Assembly: GCA_963675765.1 (NCBI GenBank)
Contig: OY776568.1
Coordinates: 635,213 to 699,212, forward strand
Origin: Phycisphaerae bacterium
GTDB taxonomy: Bacteria; Planctomycetota; Phycisphaerae; UBA1845
DNA: 64,000 bases
Reading direction: 5' to 3'
In this document: in pieces, positions 19,342-29,123 of the stretch
Position numbering within the stretch: the stretch's first letter is position 1
How the letters are laid out: each line of letters starts with the position of its first letter
Position numbers and translations under genes: made by a program
Notes under the pieces: generated by a model
What the model was told of the DNA's origin: nothing
Databases searched by the model: none
Seen by the model: the letters and a program-made list of their open reading frames with translations, nothing else

Positions 19342-20118
19342 ATGCGAATACTCCTCACCAACGATGATGGAATCCTCGCCCCCGGGCTTGCTGCGATGTA
19401 TCGAGAGCTTACCAGTCTGGGGCAAGTCCATGTAGTCGCTCCGAGCACTGTACAATCCGCAACAGGGCACGGAATCACCATTCGAGATCCGCTGACGGTG
19501 CATCAAGTGCACGCACACAACGAGTTCCATGGCTGGTCTGTAACAGGCCGCCCTGCCGATTGCGTGAAGCTGGCTGTCGCAGAACTGCTCGACGAGCGCC
19601 CCAACCTTGTGGTCTCTGGGATGAATGACGGCGCCAATGCATCCGTCAATGTCCTTTACTCCGGAACTGTAGCGGCAGCAGCGGAGGGGGCCATATTGCA
19701 GATACCGTCGGTTGCAGTCTCAATGGAATGGGGAGAGGAGATGGATTTTGGCCGGGCAGCCAAGATAGCGGTACGGCTAATCGCGAAGTACGCTGAATCC
19801 GTAAAGAGCGGCGAGCCCGTATGCCCGCTATTGAACATCAATCTTCCAACACTGAAGGACGGTTGGCCGGTGGGGATCAAGGTGGCGCCGCAGGCTGTCC
19901 TGAAAGCCGATGATCGATACGAACGGCAAGAATGCGCCAAGGGTGGTGTGCAGTACTCGCTCAGCGGCTGGTTCAGCGATTTTGGGTCTCCACAGTACGA
20001 CTTGGGCGCTCTGCAAGAGGGATTCGTCGTGTTAACTCCACTGCACTTCGACATGACGGACCATGGGCATCTGGCGGCGGTAGCTGCGTGCGAGTGGCCT
20101 GAAGTAACCCCTGCGTAG
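19342..20118 (+). CDS. surE: 5-prime/3-prime nucleotidase SurE
   Basis: MRILLTNDDGILAPGL ... VVAPSTVQSATGHGIT ... SGMNDGANAS. Confidence 0.9.
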   Translation: MRILLTNDDGILAPGLAAMYRELTSLGQVHVVAPSTVQSATGHGITIRDPLTVHQVHAHNEFHGWSVTGRPADCVKLAVAELLDERPNLVVSGMNDGANASVNVLYSGTVAAAAEGAILQIPSVAVSMEWGEEMDFGRAAKIAVRLIAKYAESVKSGEPVCPLLNINLPTLKDGWPVGIKVAPQAVLKADDRYERQECAKGGVQYSLSGWFSDFGSPQYDLGALQEGFVVLTPLHFDMTDHGHLAAVAACEWPEVTPA

Positions 20119-20143
20119 CCCACTACTGCCACGACGAGCTCGC

Positions 20144-21283
20144 TTAATCAGCAATCGTGTTGGCAAACGATTTGAAGTCACTCAGATCGACATCGCCGTC
20201 ATCGTCGAAATCGAAGGTCGTCAAGCAGGTTTTGAGATCGGCAGTGAGAGGCTGGGACTGCTCACCCGGACCTGCAAAGCAATCAGTGAAAACAGCGAAG
20301 TCAGAAAGATCGACGATACTGTCGCAGTTGGCATCACCGTCAGGTTGGCCAGCCCACCCAGCCAATCGAGCCATCATCCACCAGAACGCCCGGCCCTTCA
20401 GGTTGCAGTTCAGGCAGTGTGAGTGAGCGCAGTCGGAGCAGGACAGACAGAGTTCGCTTCCGGGATTCGCGTTGCACCACTCAACAGCCCAGTTGCCGCC
20501 GGAGTAGTTGCACGTGTCAGTGGCGTTGAGATGGAGATAGCCATTACCGTCAGGGTCGTAGCTTTCAATATCAGCGAAATCGAAGAGAACGCCGTCTGTG
20601 GCAAGCGCATGGGACCTTATCTGATTGTTGCGTTGGTTCAGCCGGCCCTCGACACCTGTACCGTTGAGGTGTCCCGTCATGTAAACGAAGATAACAGTTG
20701 GATAGTCAGCATGGAGTCCGTTCATCAGGTCAAGGTATATCTGCATCTGCTCTTCAGTCGTATCGGCTTGTCCACACCATGACCACATCACAACGTTCCG
20801 AGTGACGTAGCTGGGGTTATCCAACATGGTTCGCGTGGCTGTCGCCCAAGCATACCTGTCTGGACTTCCCAAATCGTTGGCGCCTGCCATTCTGCGATCC
20901 CAGAAGGAAAGCGTGCCGGATGGAGCAGGATCATTGCCTGTGCCGTATCGATAGTAATAGAAGTCATCACAGGCATCGTAGTAGCAACTCTGACAAGCGT
21001 AGTTATTGCACGAGGGCATTGTATAACTGGTGCCATTCGTGCCTGCGTTTACCAAATTGACTCCCGTTACAATCTGGCTGCCATGAGAAGTGTGCCCGTA
21101 GGACAGAAAAAGCTCGGCTTTGGCGAGATCAATCCACCCGTCGGGCACCCTGTCGAGATTGGTGCAGTTGTGATCGACTATGATCGCGGCCTCAGCCAAA
21201 GCCGCCAAGGTTATCGCAAATCCTGCACTTAGCGTCACCGCATGTGTCCTCAATCCCATGGTCCATCCCCTTTCAGTCATCAT
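20144..21283 (-). CDS. Secreted Cys-rich protein of unknown catalytic type with C-terminal dockerin-type repeats
   Basis: Signal peptide MGLRTHAVTLSAGFAITLAALAEA. C-terminus GDANCDSIVDLSDFAVF...DFDDDGDVDLSDFKSF. Confidence 0.55.
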   Translation of the reverse strand: MMTERGWTMGLRTHAVTLSAGFAITLAALAEAAIIVDHNCTNLDRVPDGWIDLAKAELFLSYGHTSHGSQIVTGVNLVNAGTNGTSYTMPSCNNYACQSCYYDACDDFYYYRYGTGNDPAPSGTLSFWDRRMAGANDLGSPDRYAWATATRTMLDNPSYVTRNVVMWSWCGQADTTEEQMQIYLDLMNGLHADYPTVIFVYMTGHLNGTGVEGRLNQRNNQIRSHALATDGVLFDFADIESYDPDGNGYLHLNATDTCNYSGGNWAVEWCNANPGSELCLSCSDCAHSHCLNCNLKGRAFWWMMARLAGWAGQPDGDANCDSIVDLSDFAVFTDCFAGPGEQSQPLTADLKTCLTTFDFDDDGDVDLSDFKSFANTIAD

Positions 21284-21408
21284 CAGTCGCGACCTGAACG
21301 AGCTTTCACTCAGGCAATTGATCAGCCCACTGTAGTTCGAAGCAAGACTGAAGTTAAGAGGTCAAAGGGAGGCAAGGGCGTAATTTCGTAAGTCTTGTAG
21401 CATGATCA

Positions 21409-22182
21409 TTGAGCAGCCAGTATCCTGCCAGGGTCTCCACGATACTGTCTGGGCATTTGGACATCAGAGGACTGGTTAAACCGTTGAATAGCAATTTCCT
21501 CTACACATTCGGCAAACTGTCGTGCTACATGCTGGCGAAAGTCTTCACAGGAGTTCGATTCGAGCATGCCAAGAATGTGCCTCTCGAGGGGCCTGTGATA
21601 CTCGCAGCCAACCACCAAAGCTTCTTCGATCCACCCCTGGTCGGGGCTGGTGTAAGTCCGGTTCTCAGTTTCCTCGCCAGAGATACGCTTTTCGACTCCA
21701 AAATCCTTGGCCCGCTGATCAGGAACGTAAATGCCTATCCGGTGCGACGAGGAGGCTCCGATGTGGGGTCGTTCAAACAGTGCCTGCGTCTGCTCAAGGA
21801 AGGCCGGCACTTGGTGCTCTTCCCCGAGGGAACGCGAACGTCAACCGGACGCATTCGCCCTATGCAGGCTGGTGTAATCGGGCTGGCAAGAAAGTCAAAT
21901 GCGGTCATCGTGCCCGTTCTGATCGAAGGCGCGTTTGAGCTCTGGCCCAGGCACGCTCGACTTCCGCGACCTGCGAGGGTGAATGTGGAGTATGAGGAGC
22001 CCATGCTGCCAAATGCATTTGAGGGGCTGAGCAACACCGAGGCAGCAGGAATGCTCACGAGCGTAATGAGAGAGCAACACAATCGGCTTCGGGAGCGGCT
22101 AGGCCGACACCCGTTCAACTACTCAGACGATAACCTCATGAAAGAACGCCAAGAAGCGGGAGAGAACTCCGGCACTGCTTGA
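21409..22182 (+). CDS. plsC: 1-acyl-sn-glycerol-3-phosphate acyltransferase
   Basis: ANHQSFFDPP (HxxxxD) and FPEGTRT motifs. Confidence 0.8.
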   Translation: MSSQYPARVSTILSGHLDIRGLVKPLNSNFLYTFGKLSCYMLAKVFTGVRFEHAKNVPLEGPVILAANHQSFFDPPLVGAGVSPVLSFLARDTLFDSKILGPLIRNVNAYPVRRGGSDVGSFKQCLRLLKEGRHLVLFPEGTRTSTGRIRPMQAGVIGLARKSNAVIVPVLIEGAFELWPRHARLPRPARVNVEYEEPMLPNAFEGLSNTEAAGMLTSVMREQHNRLRERLGRHPFNYSDDNLMKERQEAGENSGTA

Positions 22183-22236
22183 ACGACAACGACTAGTCGA
22201 AGTATAGATTCGTACTTGCCCGCCTACTGACACCGT

Positions 22237-23844
22237 ATGGAAGAACACTCTGTCAAGCTGATGACCTTCATTGAGATCACCTGGTGGCTTCTCTTCTTTT
22301 CAGCGCTGGGGTTGTGCATTGGGAGCTTCCTCAATGTCGTAATCTATCGAGTACCGCGTGAACTCTCCCTGAGCGAGCCTCTGTGGTCCTTCTGCCCAGC
22401 ATGTTCAGCCAAAATCCGCTGGTACGACAACTTACCGCTGATCAGTTACGTCCGCCTGCTCGGAAGATGTCGCGACTGTGGATGCCGAATCTCGCCTCGA
22501 TATCCGATGGTGGAGATGCTGGGAGCACTGATCGTGCTGCTCATATTCGACGCCTTCTTCGTGTCTGGAACGCATGCAGGGTTGGGAAACAAGATCCCCA
22601 GCATCACTTGGCAGCTCAGCGAGGATTGGCCTGTACTACTAGCCCACATCACTCTCTTCGCATCATTGCTGGCAATGGCGGCAATTGACATCGAACACTA
22701 CTGGGTGGATGTACGTTTTACTTCCGTGGCAACCGTTGCAGGTTTGGCATTCCACAGTTTATGGACTCCGTATCGTACGGACGATTGGCATCGTCCGAGC
22801 GACGGATTGGCAGTCGCCTCTATAGCATGTATGGCAGTCGCCCTGCTGACAGCTCTCGTGTGCAGCCTCTTCGTAAGGAACGAAGAAGTCGCATGTATGG
22901 AAGAAGAAAACCCCTCCAATCGTGAGGGCGAGCAATCCCAGTGCGACCCAAGTCCGAAGAATGACGAAATTCTCAGCAGCGGAGTTGTAGCTGAAGAGGC
23001 TCAGGGTGTGGCGATTGAAGCAACCCACACCGAGACGGGACTCGGCGAAGAACACGAACTTGATCGTCTGCAGGAAGACCAGGGAAACGGCAACGAGCCA
23101 ATCGGATTGAAAACGGCTGCTGCTGTTGTGACGGCACTAATCCTCATTCTGGTTGTAGTGGCTGCTTGGATGGACGAAACGGATGAAGGGCCGCAGGTAT
23201 CGTACGCGTGGCGCTGGGCACCGGCGTTGGTTTTGCTGTTTCTGCTTATCGTAGCCGGTGGCATTCCCCGGCGAACATCGGACACTGAGATCATTGACGC
23301 CATAGAATCGGAGAGGCCACAGGCAAGGCGGATGGCCTTGTTCGAGTTGTGCTGCCTGCTGCCCGCCATCGTCGTTGGCACCGTAATATACTACAATACG
23401 ATGCACGCCCCCGAGTGGGCAGAGTGTTCCGCGAACATCTGCAGTTGGTCACCAACGGGATACTGGGATCCCATGCGCGGCTTGGGTACGGCAGCCACCG
23501 GCTTTGTCATCGGAGGTGGGATCGGGTGGCTAGTGCGTTTAGTAGGCACTCTGGTAATCGGCAAGGAAGCGTTGGGAACAGGCGATATTCACGTGATGGC
23601 TGCAACAGGTTGCGTAGCAGGTTGGCCAGTTGCCCTTCTAGGATTCGTGCTTTGCTCCGTGCTCGCCCTTGTAGGCATAATCGTCTCTCTTCCATTTAAG
23701 CGTTCCCGTGCGATCCCTCTCGTACCCTGGTTGTCGATTGCATTCCTAATCGTTGTGCTGTTCTATGATCCGATCATTGAGTCAGATATGGTGCAGAAGG
23801 TACTCTACTTATTCGGAACGGAAGGAAGTCTTCTGCCCAGATGA
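22237..23844 (+). CDS. Type IV prepilin leader peptidase (A24 family), atypically long with ~250-aa insertion
   Basis: Tetra-Cys N-domain CPACSAKIRWYDNLPLISYVRLLGRCRDCGCRISPRYP. C-terminal catalytic block GTGDIHVMAATGCVAGW. 535 aa against the usual ~250-290. Confidence 0.75.
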   Translation: MEEHSVKLMTFIEITWWLLFFSALGLCIGSFLNVVIYRVPRELSLSEPLWSFCPACSAKIRWYDNLPLISYVRLLGRCRDCGCRISPRYPMVEMLGALIVLLIFDAFFVSGTHAGLGNKIPSITWQLSEDWPVLLAHITLFASLLAMAAIDIEHYWVDVRFTSVATVAGLAFHSLWTPYRTDDWHRPSDGLAVASIACMAVALLTALVCSLFVRNEEVACMEEENPSNREGEQSQCDPSPKNDEILSSGVVAEEAQGVAIEATHTETGLGEEHELDRLQEDQGNGNEPIGLKTAAAVVTALILILVVVAAWMDETDEGPQVSYAWRWAPALVLLFLLIVAGGIPRRTSDTEIIDAIESERPQARRMALFELCCLLPAIVVGTVIYYNTMHAPEWAECSANICSWSPTGYWDPMRGLGTAATGFVIGGGIGWLVRLVGTLVIGKEALGTGDIHVMAATGCVAGWPVALLGFVLCSVLALVGIIVSLPFKRSRAIPLVPWLSIAFLIVVLFYDPIIESDMVQKVLYLFGTEGSLLPR

Positions 23845-23895
23845 TCCCCTGTGATTTTCGGGAAACTCACAAACCAGAAAGTGTAAGGACTGAAG

Positions 23896-24243
23896 ATGTA
23901 TCTTGCATTTCAGCGCACGAAAGTCTACCTTAGGCTTGTGCTCATGGCAGGCTTGGCCGCGGTAGTTCTGCTCACGCTTTGGATGAATCGAGACCACCAC
24001 GCCACTGTTTGGTTCTTCAAAGAATTCAAAGACATCAATGTATTGTCCTTGATGGCGTCCACTGCCTCGGGCACACTAATCGCATGGCGGATTGCGGTGG
24101 TTGCGTCGCGAGTATTTGGCGATCTGCAGGAATTACGCAAACACGAGAAAGAACTTGAACAGCAAAGACAGCAGGAACAATTCGCCAAGAAAATTGCTGA
24201 GCACGAAGAGAAGCTCGGCACTCAAGAGGAAACTCAGCAATAG
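23896..24243 (+). CDS. Small membrane protein with C-terminal coiled coil (hypothetical)
   Basis: Two hydrophobic segments followed by a charged EQQRQQEQFAKKIAEHEEK region. No family recognised. Confidence 0.35.
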   Translation: MYLAFQRTKVYLRLVLMAGLAAVVLLTLWMNRDHHATVWFFKEFKDINVLSLMASTASGTLIAWRIAVVASRVFGDLQELRKHEKELEQQRQQEQFAKKIAEHEEKLGTQEETQQ

Positions 24244-24341
24244 GAACGCGACCATAGATCAGCCTCGCCGGAAAGCTATCGCGGTCGTAGGAAAGGAATC
24301 CGGCACGGTTGTGGCCGTGCAATACATGGAGGACGTCAAGT

Positions 24342-25004
24342 ATGAAATGCTCATTGATCCCATCGCTCACCGTTTCGCTGCTGATATTAATGGGAAATAC
24401 CGGTTGCGATGACCAGAAGAAACACATTGCCATGCTGGAAGAAACAAACCAGCAGCTTTTGGGCGACCTTCAAAACGCGAGAGAACAAATCCTTGCTCTC
24501 AGGCAGGCCAACGACACATGCCAGGGGGATCTGACAGACGCGGCCGCTGAGTTAGACAGAATGCGTGCCGAGCTAGCGAAACCGCAGGAGGAAGCTCCGG
24601 CGGGGTGGACGCCTGTTCCAGGAGGAGCCATGATTGCTCTTGAAGGTTCAATGCTCTTCGATGGCGGAAAAGCTGATCTGCGAAGCAGCTCGCAGCAAAC
24701 GCTGGAGAGGATTGTGCAAACGATACGAGCGAATTACAGCGACAAGGATATTCTCGTATACGGACACACGGACAACGTGCCAATCACTCATAGTTCGTGG
24801 AAAGACAACTATCAGCTCAGTACCGAGCGTGCTCTCTCTGTCGTTCGGTGGCTTGCTGGCAGAGGAATTTCTCCGAGCAAGCTGGTAGCGTGTGGGTGCG
24901 GCGAGAACCGCCCCGTTGTTGCCAACACATCAGACGAGAATAGAGCAAAGAACAGACGAGTCGAAATCTACGCCCTTGAAGCTACGCCTGTGCCTGCAAG
25001 CTAG
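24342..25004 (+). CDS. OmpA/MotB-family peptidoglycan-binding lipoprotein with central coiled coil
   Basis: Lipobox LILMGNTGC. OmpA_C motifs ILVYGHTDNVPI ... NYQLSTERALSV ... NRRVEIY. Confidence 0.8.
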   Translation: MKCSLIPSLTVSLLILMGNTGCDDQKKHIAMLEETNQQLLGDLQNAREQILALRQANDTCQGDLTDAAAELDRMRAELAKPQEEAPAGWTPVPGGAMIALEGSMLFDGGKADLRSSSQQTLERIVQTIRANYSDKDILVYGHTDNVPITHSSWKDNYQLSTERALSVVRWLAGRGISPSKLVACGCGENRPVVANTSDENRAKNRRVEIYALEATPVPAS

Positions 25005-25132
25005 AACTCGCTGAAGATTATTGAGCATCTCAGCAGCCCATCCCTGCTTTCGGGTTTCAAGGCCTATTGAAACCGTGGACAAGGATGGGTTGCCCTCTGT
25101 ATCAAGCTGCAGCGATTCAAACGATCAGGCAA

Positions 25133-25837
25133 TCACAACTGAGCCAAGCTCTGCCAAAGATACCACGAAGCGATGCTACGGAAGGGACGCCATGGCTCGG
25201 CAATACCATCCATCGTAGCCGCATCAGGTTTCTCTGGAACCCCGAAGTGAAGCTGAATGGCCCTTTTTATGCCAAGATCCTCTTTCGGCCAAACATCCGG
25301 ACGGTGCAAAACGAAGATCAGGAACATCTGCGCCGTCCATTCACCGACTCCCCTCACAGCGGTGAGGGTCTCGATAACTTCGCCATCCGCCATCAACGAA
25401 AACCTTCGATAGGGTATAGCACCATCCGCAAACTTACCGGCCAAGTCTCGCAAATAGGAGAGCTTCTGTGAGGAAAGACCGACTGATCGCAGCGTGCCTT
25501 CCTCGATGGCGAGAAGCGCCCTGGGTGTCGGCCTGTTCGACGGGAAAAGACAACAAAACCGACTGAAGATCGTCTGAGCCGCTTTGATCGCCAACTGTTG
25601 TGCTATCACGGCTTCACAGAGTGCGACGAAGTACCGTTTGCGAGGAGCGAGCGTACAAACTCCGACACGATCTATGATCGGGCGAAGAACGTCATCCTTG
25701 CGCAGATGCTTGGTCGCCCGATTAACCATGTCTCCGTTCGAGCGGGTCGAAATGTGGTTGTACATTACTCCGTCAACGTTCACAGAAGCCCACTTAACAT
25801 CAACAACAGGACTACGGCACACTGCCACCATCTCCAC
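25133..25837 (-). CDS. HhH-GPD DNA glycosylase (AlkA-like 3-methyladenine glycosylase II)
   Basis: LTAVRGVGEWTAQMFLIF ... WPKEDLGIKRA gives the helix-hairpin-helix GPD signature. Confidence 0.75.
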   Translation of the reverse strand: MEMVAVCRSPVVDVKWASVNVDGVMYNHISTRSNGDMVNRATKHLRKDDVLRPIIDRVGVCTLAPRKRYFVALCEAVIAQQLAIKAAQTIFSRFCCLFPSNRPTPRALLAIEEGTLRSVGLSSQKLSYLRDLAGKFADGAIPYRRFSLMADGEVIETLTAVRGVGEWTAQMFLIFVLHRPDVWPKEDLGIKRAIQLHFGVPEKPDAATMDGIAEPWRPFRSIASWYLWQSLAQL

Positions 25838-25873
25838 ACAGACGATAGCAGTAGTGCCGTGAGGAAGCCGTCA

Positions 25874-28800
25874 TCAACCACTGAAATTCGCTTGCAGAAC
25901 AGCGAAGTCGATCAAGTCAACATCACCGTCATCGTCGAAGTCAGCATCAACACATTCACCGCACTCTGCCGTTGCCGGCAAACCAGGCCCCGCCAGACAC
26001 GTAGCGAACGCCACATAATCATCTGAGTCCACATCCTGATCGTCCTCAAAGTCTCCCGGCAAAACCATATTCGATTGGCCCGGGGAGCTGTTTGAGAGAA
26101 CCTTGATACACGATCTGCCGTCCGAATACCGCCCTTCGCTGACGTCCGTTGTCTGAGCACCAAAGACTATCGCATCAATCTCCGCAAGACAGTTTTCGCG
26201 ACTATCGAAAAGGCCAATCTCCTCCCCGGCGGCACCGAGCTTGAAGGTGGTATGAGTCGGCCCCTGCTCGTCGTCATCGTCAGCCCAAATGATCAGAAAG
26301 CCCTTTGGAGCAATGGTGACTCCTGCCGGAATGGTATACTTCGTCTTGTCGTCAAGATTGTCTGTAATGAACATCCCCCCGAGGTCGACCGCAAACTCCT
26401 CGTCATTGTAAAGCTCGATCCAGTCCTCATAACTACCTGGTTCGTCCGGATCCTCCAATGCGTTGTCGTTGTCGGCCATCCATTCGTTGATAAAAACAGC
26501 AGGAACTGGTTCTGGCTCAGGCGGAGGACCACCGGAGTTGTCGTTGGCTGCGCCTGGAGTCGTATTAGTCATGGGTTCAACATCATCAGCACCATCCGGA
26601 TATCGCCCAAACGAAACATCTCCCACCAAACCTGGGTAAGCCAGGTAGTCGACAAGGACATTCCGTTCTGCGTCAGTATGGTAAATACCAACGCCCTCCC
26701 CGCCCGACGAAAGCTTGAACGTCGCATGCAACGGTCCATCCTCCGGCTGATCGTCACACCACACAACTAGAAAACTTCCTGCCGGAACCATCGTCGGCGT
26801 GGGGAACTGCCATTTCGTCGGACTGGCAGGATCATCTGTAAGGTACATTCCACCCACATCGAAGCCCGTCGTCCCAGCGTTATAGATTTCCACCCAATCG
26901 TCGTAGTCGCCGGCCTCGTCAGTCGGCCCCGTACAGTTGAACGCGAGTATCTCGTTTACATAGAGAGGCGGCAGATCCGAAGTGTCATCCACTGTGTTTC
27001 TGAGAGAAGCGGTCCGAGCCACGATGTACGGCTTGAGCCCCCAATTCCACGGATTGCTCGTCGCATAAGAAGTCGGCAGAGTGTACGAAGCCGAAAAATC
27101 ACTCTTAGTAAATCCCCAGTCCATCGCCCCACCGGCAAAGGACCCCTCGAAGACGTAAGGATCTATAATAGTCTTGATGGAATCGATCTTGTCTTCACAT
27201 TCAGGCAACGTGAAGGGGCCATCCACCACCTGCGGAGGGTCGACCGTAATCGTTTGCACCGTGTAACCAATGTAGGGGCCCGGCACGGATGGTGTCACCC
27301 AATTCGGAGTCGCCACTGACGGATTACTTAGATGATCGAATCCCGGATTATCTCCCTCCGGAGTAGCTGCCACGTCAAAGAGAAAGGAATCTCCGGCTCC
27401 CAGCCCGAGATCACTCAGCGGAATCGTATAGCTCACAATGCCGACTAGTGCCTGAGATAGGTCTATTCCAACGACCTTGTCATAGTTCCACCCGCCGTTG
27501 TAGGACCATACTTGAGTATTCCCGCCGCCATTGACCCAGGACCCCAGGAAGTAATCGTGATACTCCGTGGCCGCGATAAGCCGGCCCCAAGGATTCGACG
27601 TCGCCCCACCCGGCTTGGTGTTGAGTAGCACAACGTATTTCACGCCATCCGACTCCCCTCCCTGTGCCACCGGACCGTTGACATGAATCTTGATGTACAG
27701 ATTCGTTGCGTCATTTCCAATATCCACGGCAGTGATATCGTAACACTCATCTGGCGTTGACGGGCAAATATCACCAACCGTATCCGCGTGGTTTGACCAG
27801 ACCGGATCCCCGGCACCGCCCCCTTCGATCAAGCCGACAAGCTGCCGGAGATATCGACGGTACTGGTCATTGTACTCAGGCACCTCCAAAACACGCCGAA
27901 TGAGTGGCGGCAACTGTCCTCCGGAGCTACCATAACCACCGTTACCCCACGCATCGAATGGACGAGCAGCCCAATCAACTCCAAAGAAATCAACGCCGTA
28001 CGTATTATCTAAATCATACGGAATGTACTCAAAGCGATCACTCTCAGGGTTATGGTACAGGAAGTAGTTGTTCGAACCATACCAGTAGTTATCCCAATTA
28101 CCGATAGCAACGTCGATGGCCATCGAACGGAGAAAACTGTCTACACTGAAGCGATCAATAATCCCAGCCGCAAACGTTGCATCATCGCTATTGTTGATGA
28201 AGTCAATGAAGTTGGCTAAATCAGTGAAGTCAGGATTATCCTCATTGTTTTCCTCCTGATAAGTCTCTCCGCTGCCAAGATTCTGGTAGGTCTCCGGAAG
28301 TCCGGGGGCCACGTATTTCAAGTCCGCCCGATCGCCCAAGTAGAGGCACTTGTACAAGTTCCCTATATCGCTGCCGAACCACGCGTCCACAAACTCGTCG
28401 TCGATCTGCTCTATGTTGATGTACACGCCTTCAACGTCACTGCCGTCATTAATCTTGAAATGAACGTGTGCAGCACGTGGAGATGGAACCCCCATACGGT
28501 TAAACAGATCCCAGGCAAGCTTGGACCTGATCACGGATACGTCATTGTGCTCACCATTGATATTGAATTTCTCAACACCATGGAATTCTCTACCCGGGAC
28601 GAATTCATTGAACTTGAGCTTCCATGACTTCTTGACCGCATCGCGAGACGTGTTCCCCCGCGGACGAATGCCTACATCGTTGACAGTCTCGTCAATCCGA
28701 GAATTAACAACGTGCACGGAGCAAAGCCGGTAGACATCACTATGAGGATTGGCTAAACAATCAGCCAAATCCGCCGGATTCATGGTGACGGTGATGAAGG

Positions 28801-28942
28801 TGATCTCATCATCAACGTAAATCGTCTCTCCCGCGTCCGTGTACCCCGAATCGTTCACAGGCCATGGAGCAACCGCCTCCGCCCCAACAGCAAAAAACAA
28901 GGTCGCCACGATAATCGCCAGCATCCGCATGCGACCAGACAT
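25874..28942 (-). CDS. Secreted CotH-kinase-family protein with two lamin-tail domains and C-terminal dockerin-type repeats
   Basis: Signal peptide MRMLAIIVATLFFAVGAEA. CotH region ...MAIDVAIGNWDNYWYGSNNYFLYHNPESDRFEYIPYDLDNT.... Two LTD-like blocks (...DWVEIYNAGTTGFDVGGMYLTDD... and ...DWIELYNDEEFAVDLGGMFITDN...). C-terminus DADFDDDGDVDLIDFAVLQANF. Confidence 0.75.
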   Translation of the reverse strand: MSGRMRMLAIIVATLFFAVGAEAVAPWPVNDSGYTDAGETIYVDDEITFITVTMNPADLADCLANPHSDVYRLCSVHVVNSRIDETVNDVGIRPRGNTSRDAVKKSWKLKFNEFVPGREFHGVEKFNINGEHNDVSVIRSKLAWDLFNRMGVPSPRAAHVHFKINDGSDVEGVYINIEQIDDEFVDAWFGSDIGNLYKCLYLGDRADLKYVAPGLPETYQNLGSGETYQEENNEDNPDFTDLANFIDFINNSDDATFAAGIIDRFSVDSFLRSMAIDVAIGNWDNYWYGSNNYFLYHNPESDRFEYIPYDLDNTYGVDFFGVDWAARPFDAWGNGGYGSSGGQLPPLIRRVLEVPEYNDQYRRYLRQLVGLIEGGGAGDPVWSNHADTVGDICPSTPDECYDITAVDIGNDATNLYIKIHVNGPVAQGGESDGVKYVVLLNTKPGGATSNPWGRLIAATEYHDYFLGSWVNGGGNTQVWSYNGGWNYDKVVGIDLSQALVGIVSYTIPLSDLGLGAGDSFLFDVAATPEGDNPGFDHLSNPSVATPNWVTPSVPGPYIGYTVQTITVDPPQVVDGPFTLPECEDKIDSIKTIIDPYVFEGSFAGGAMDWGFTKSDFSASYTLPTSYATSNPWNWGLKPYIVARTASLRNTVDDTSDLPPLYVNEILAFNCTGPTDEAGDYDDWVEIYNAGTTGFDVGGMYLTDDPASPTKWQFPTPTMVPAGSFLVVWCDDQPEDGPLHATFKLSSGGEGVGIYHTDAERNVLVDYLAYPGLVGDVSFGRYPDGADDVEPMTNTTPGAANDNSGGPPPEPEPVPAVFINEWMADNDNALEDPDEPGSYEDWIELYNDEEFAVDLGGMFITDNLDDKTKYTIPAGVTIAPKGFLIIWADDDDEQGPTHTTFKLGAAGEEIGLFDSRENCLAEIDAIVFGAQTTDVSEGRYSDGRSCIKVLSNSSPGQSNMVLPGDFEDDQDVDSDDYVAFATCLAGPGLPATAECGECVDADFDDDGDVDLIDFAVLQANFSG

Positions 28943-29123
28943 GATTGAGATAACCCTGAGGTTGGCAGTACAGATGTTCATGCTTCTTCCCTTGTTCTTG
29001 GCGTGAATAGGAACAGCCGACATGCTGACAGACACCACCCGCCGCAATCCACATGCCGCCACTGAGTACACTCAAACCAGTTTAGCAGACACCCGTCATG
29101 ATTTGAAGCTCCTGCAGAGCTTT

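Noticed and set aside
29080-29123. Possible additional intergenic-repeat copy just downstream of the CotH gene start region (cagacacccgtcatgatttgaagctcctgcagagc).
   Set aside because: It is only weakly similar to the family 3-prime half (acttgaatagagcttgctctag). The match is too degenerate to call.
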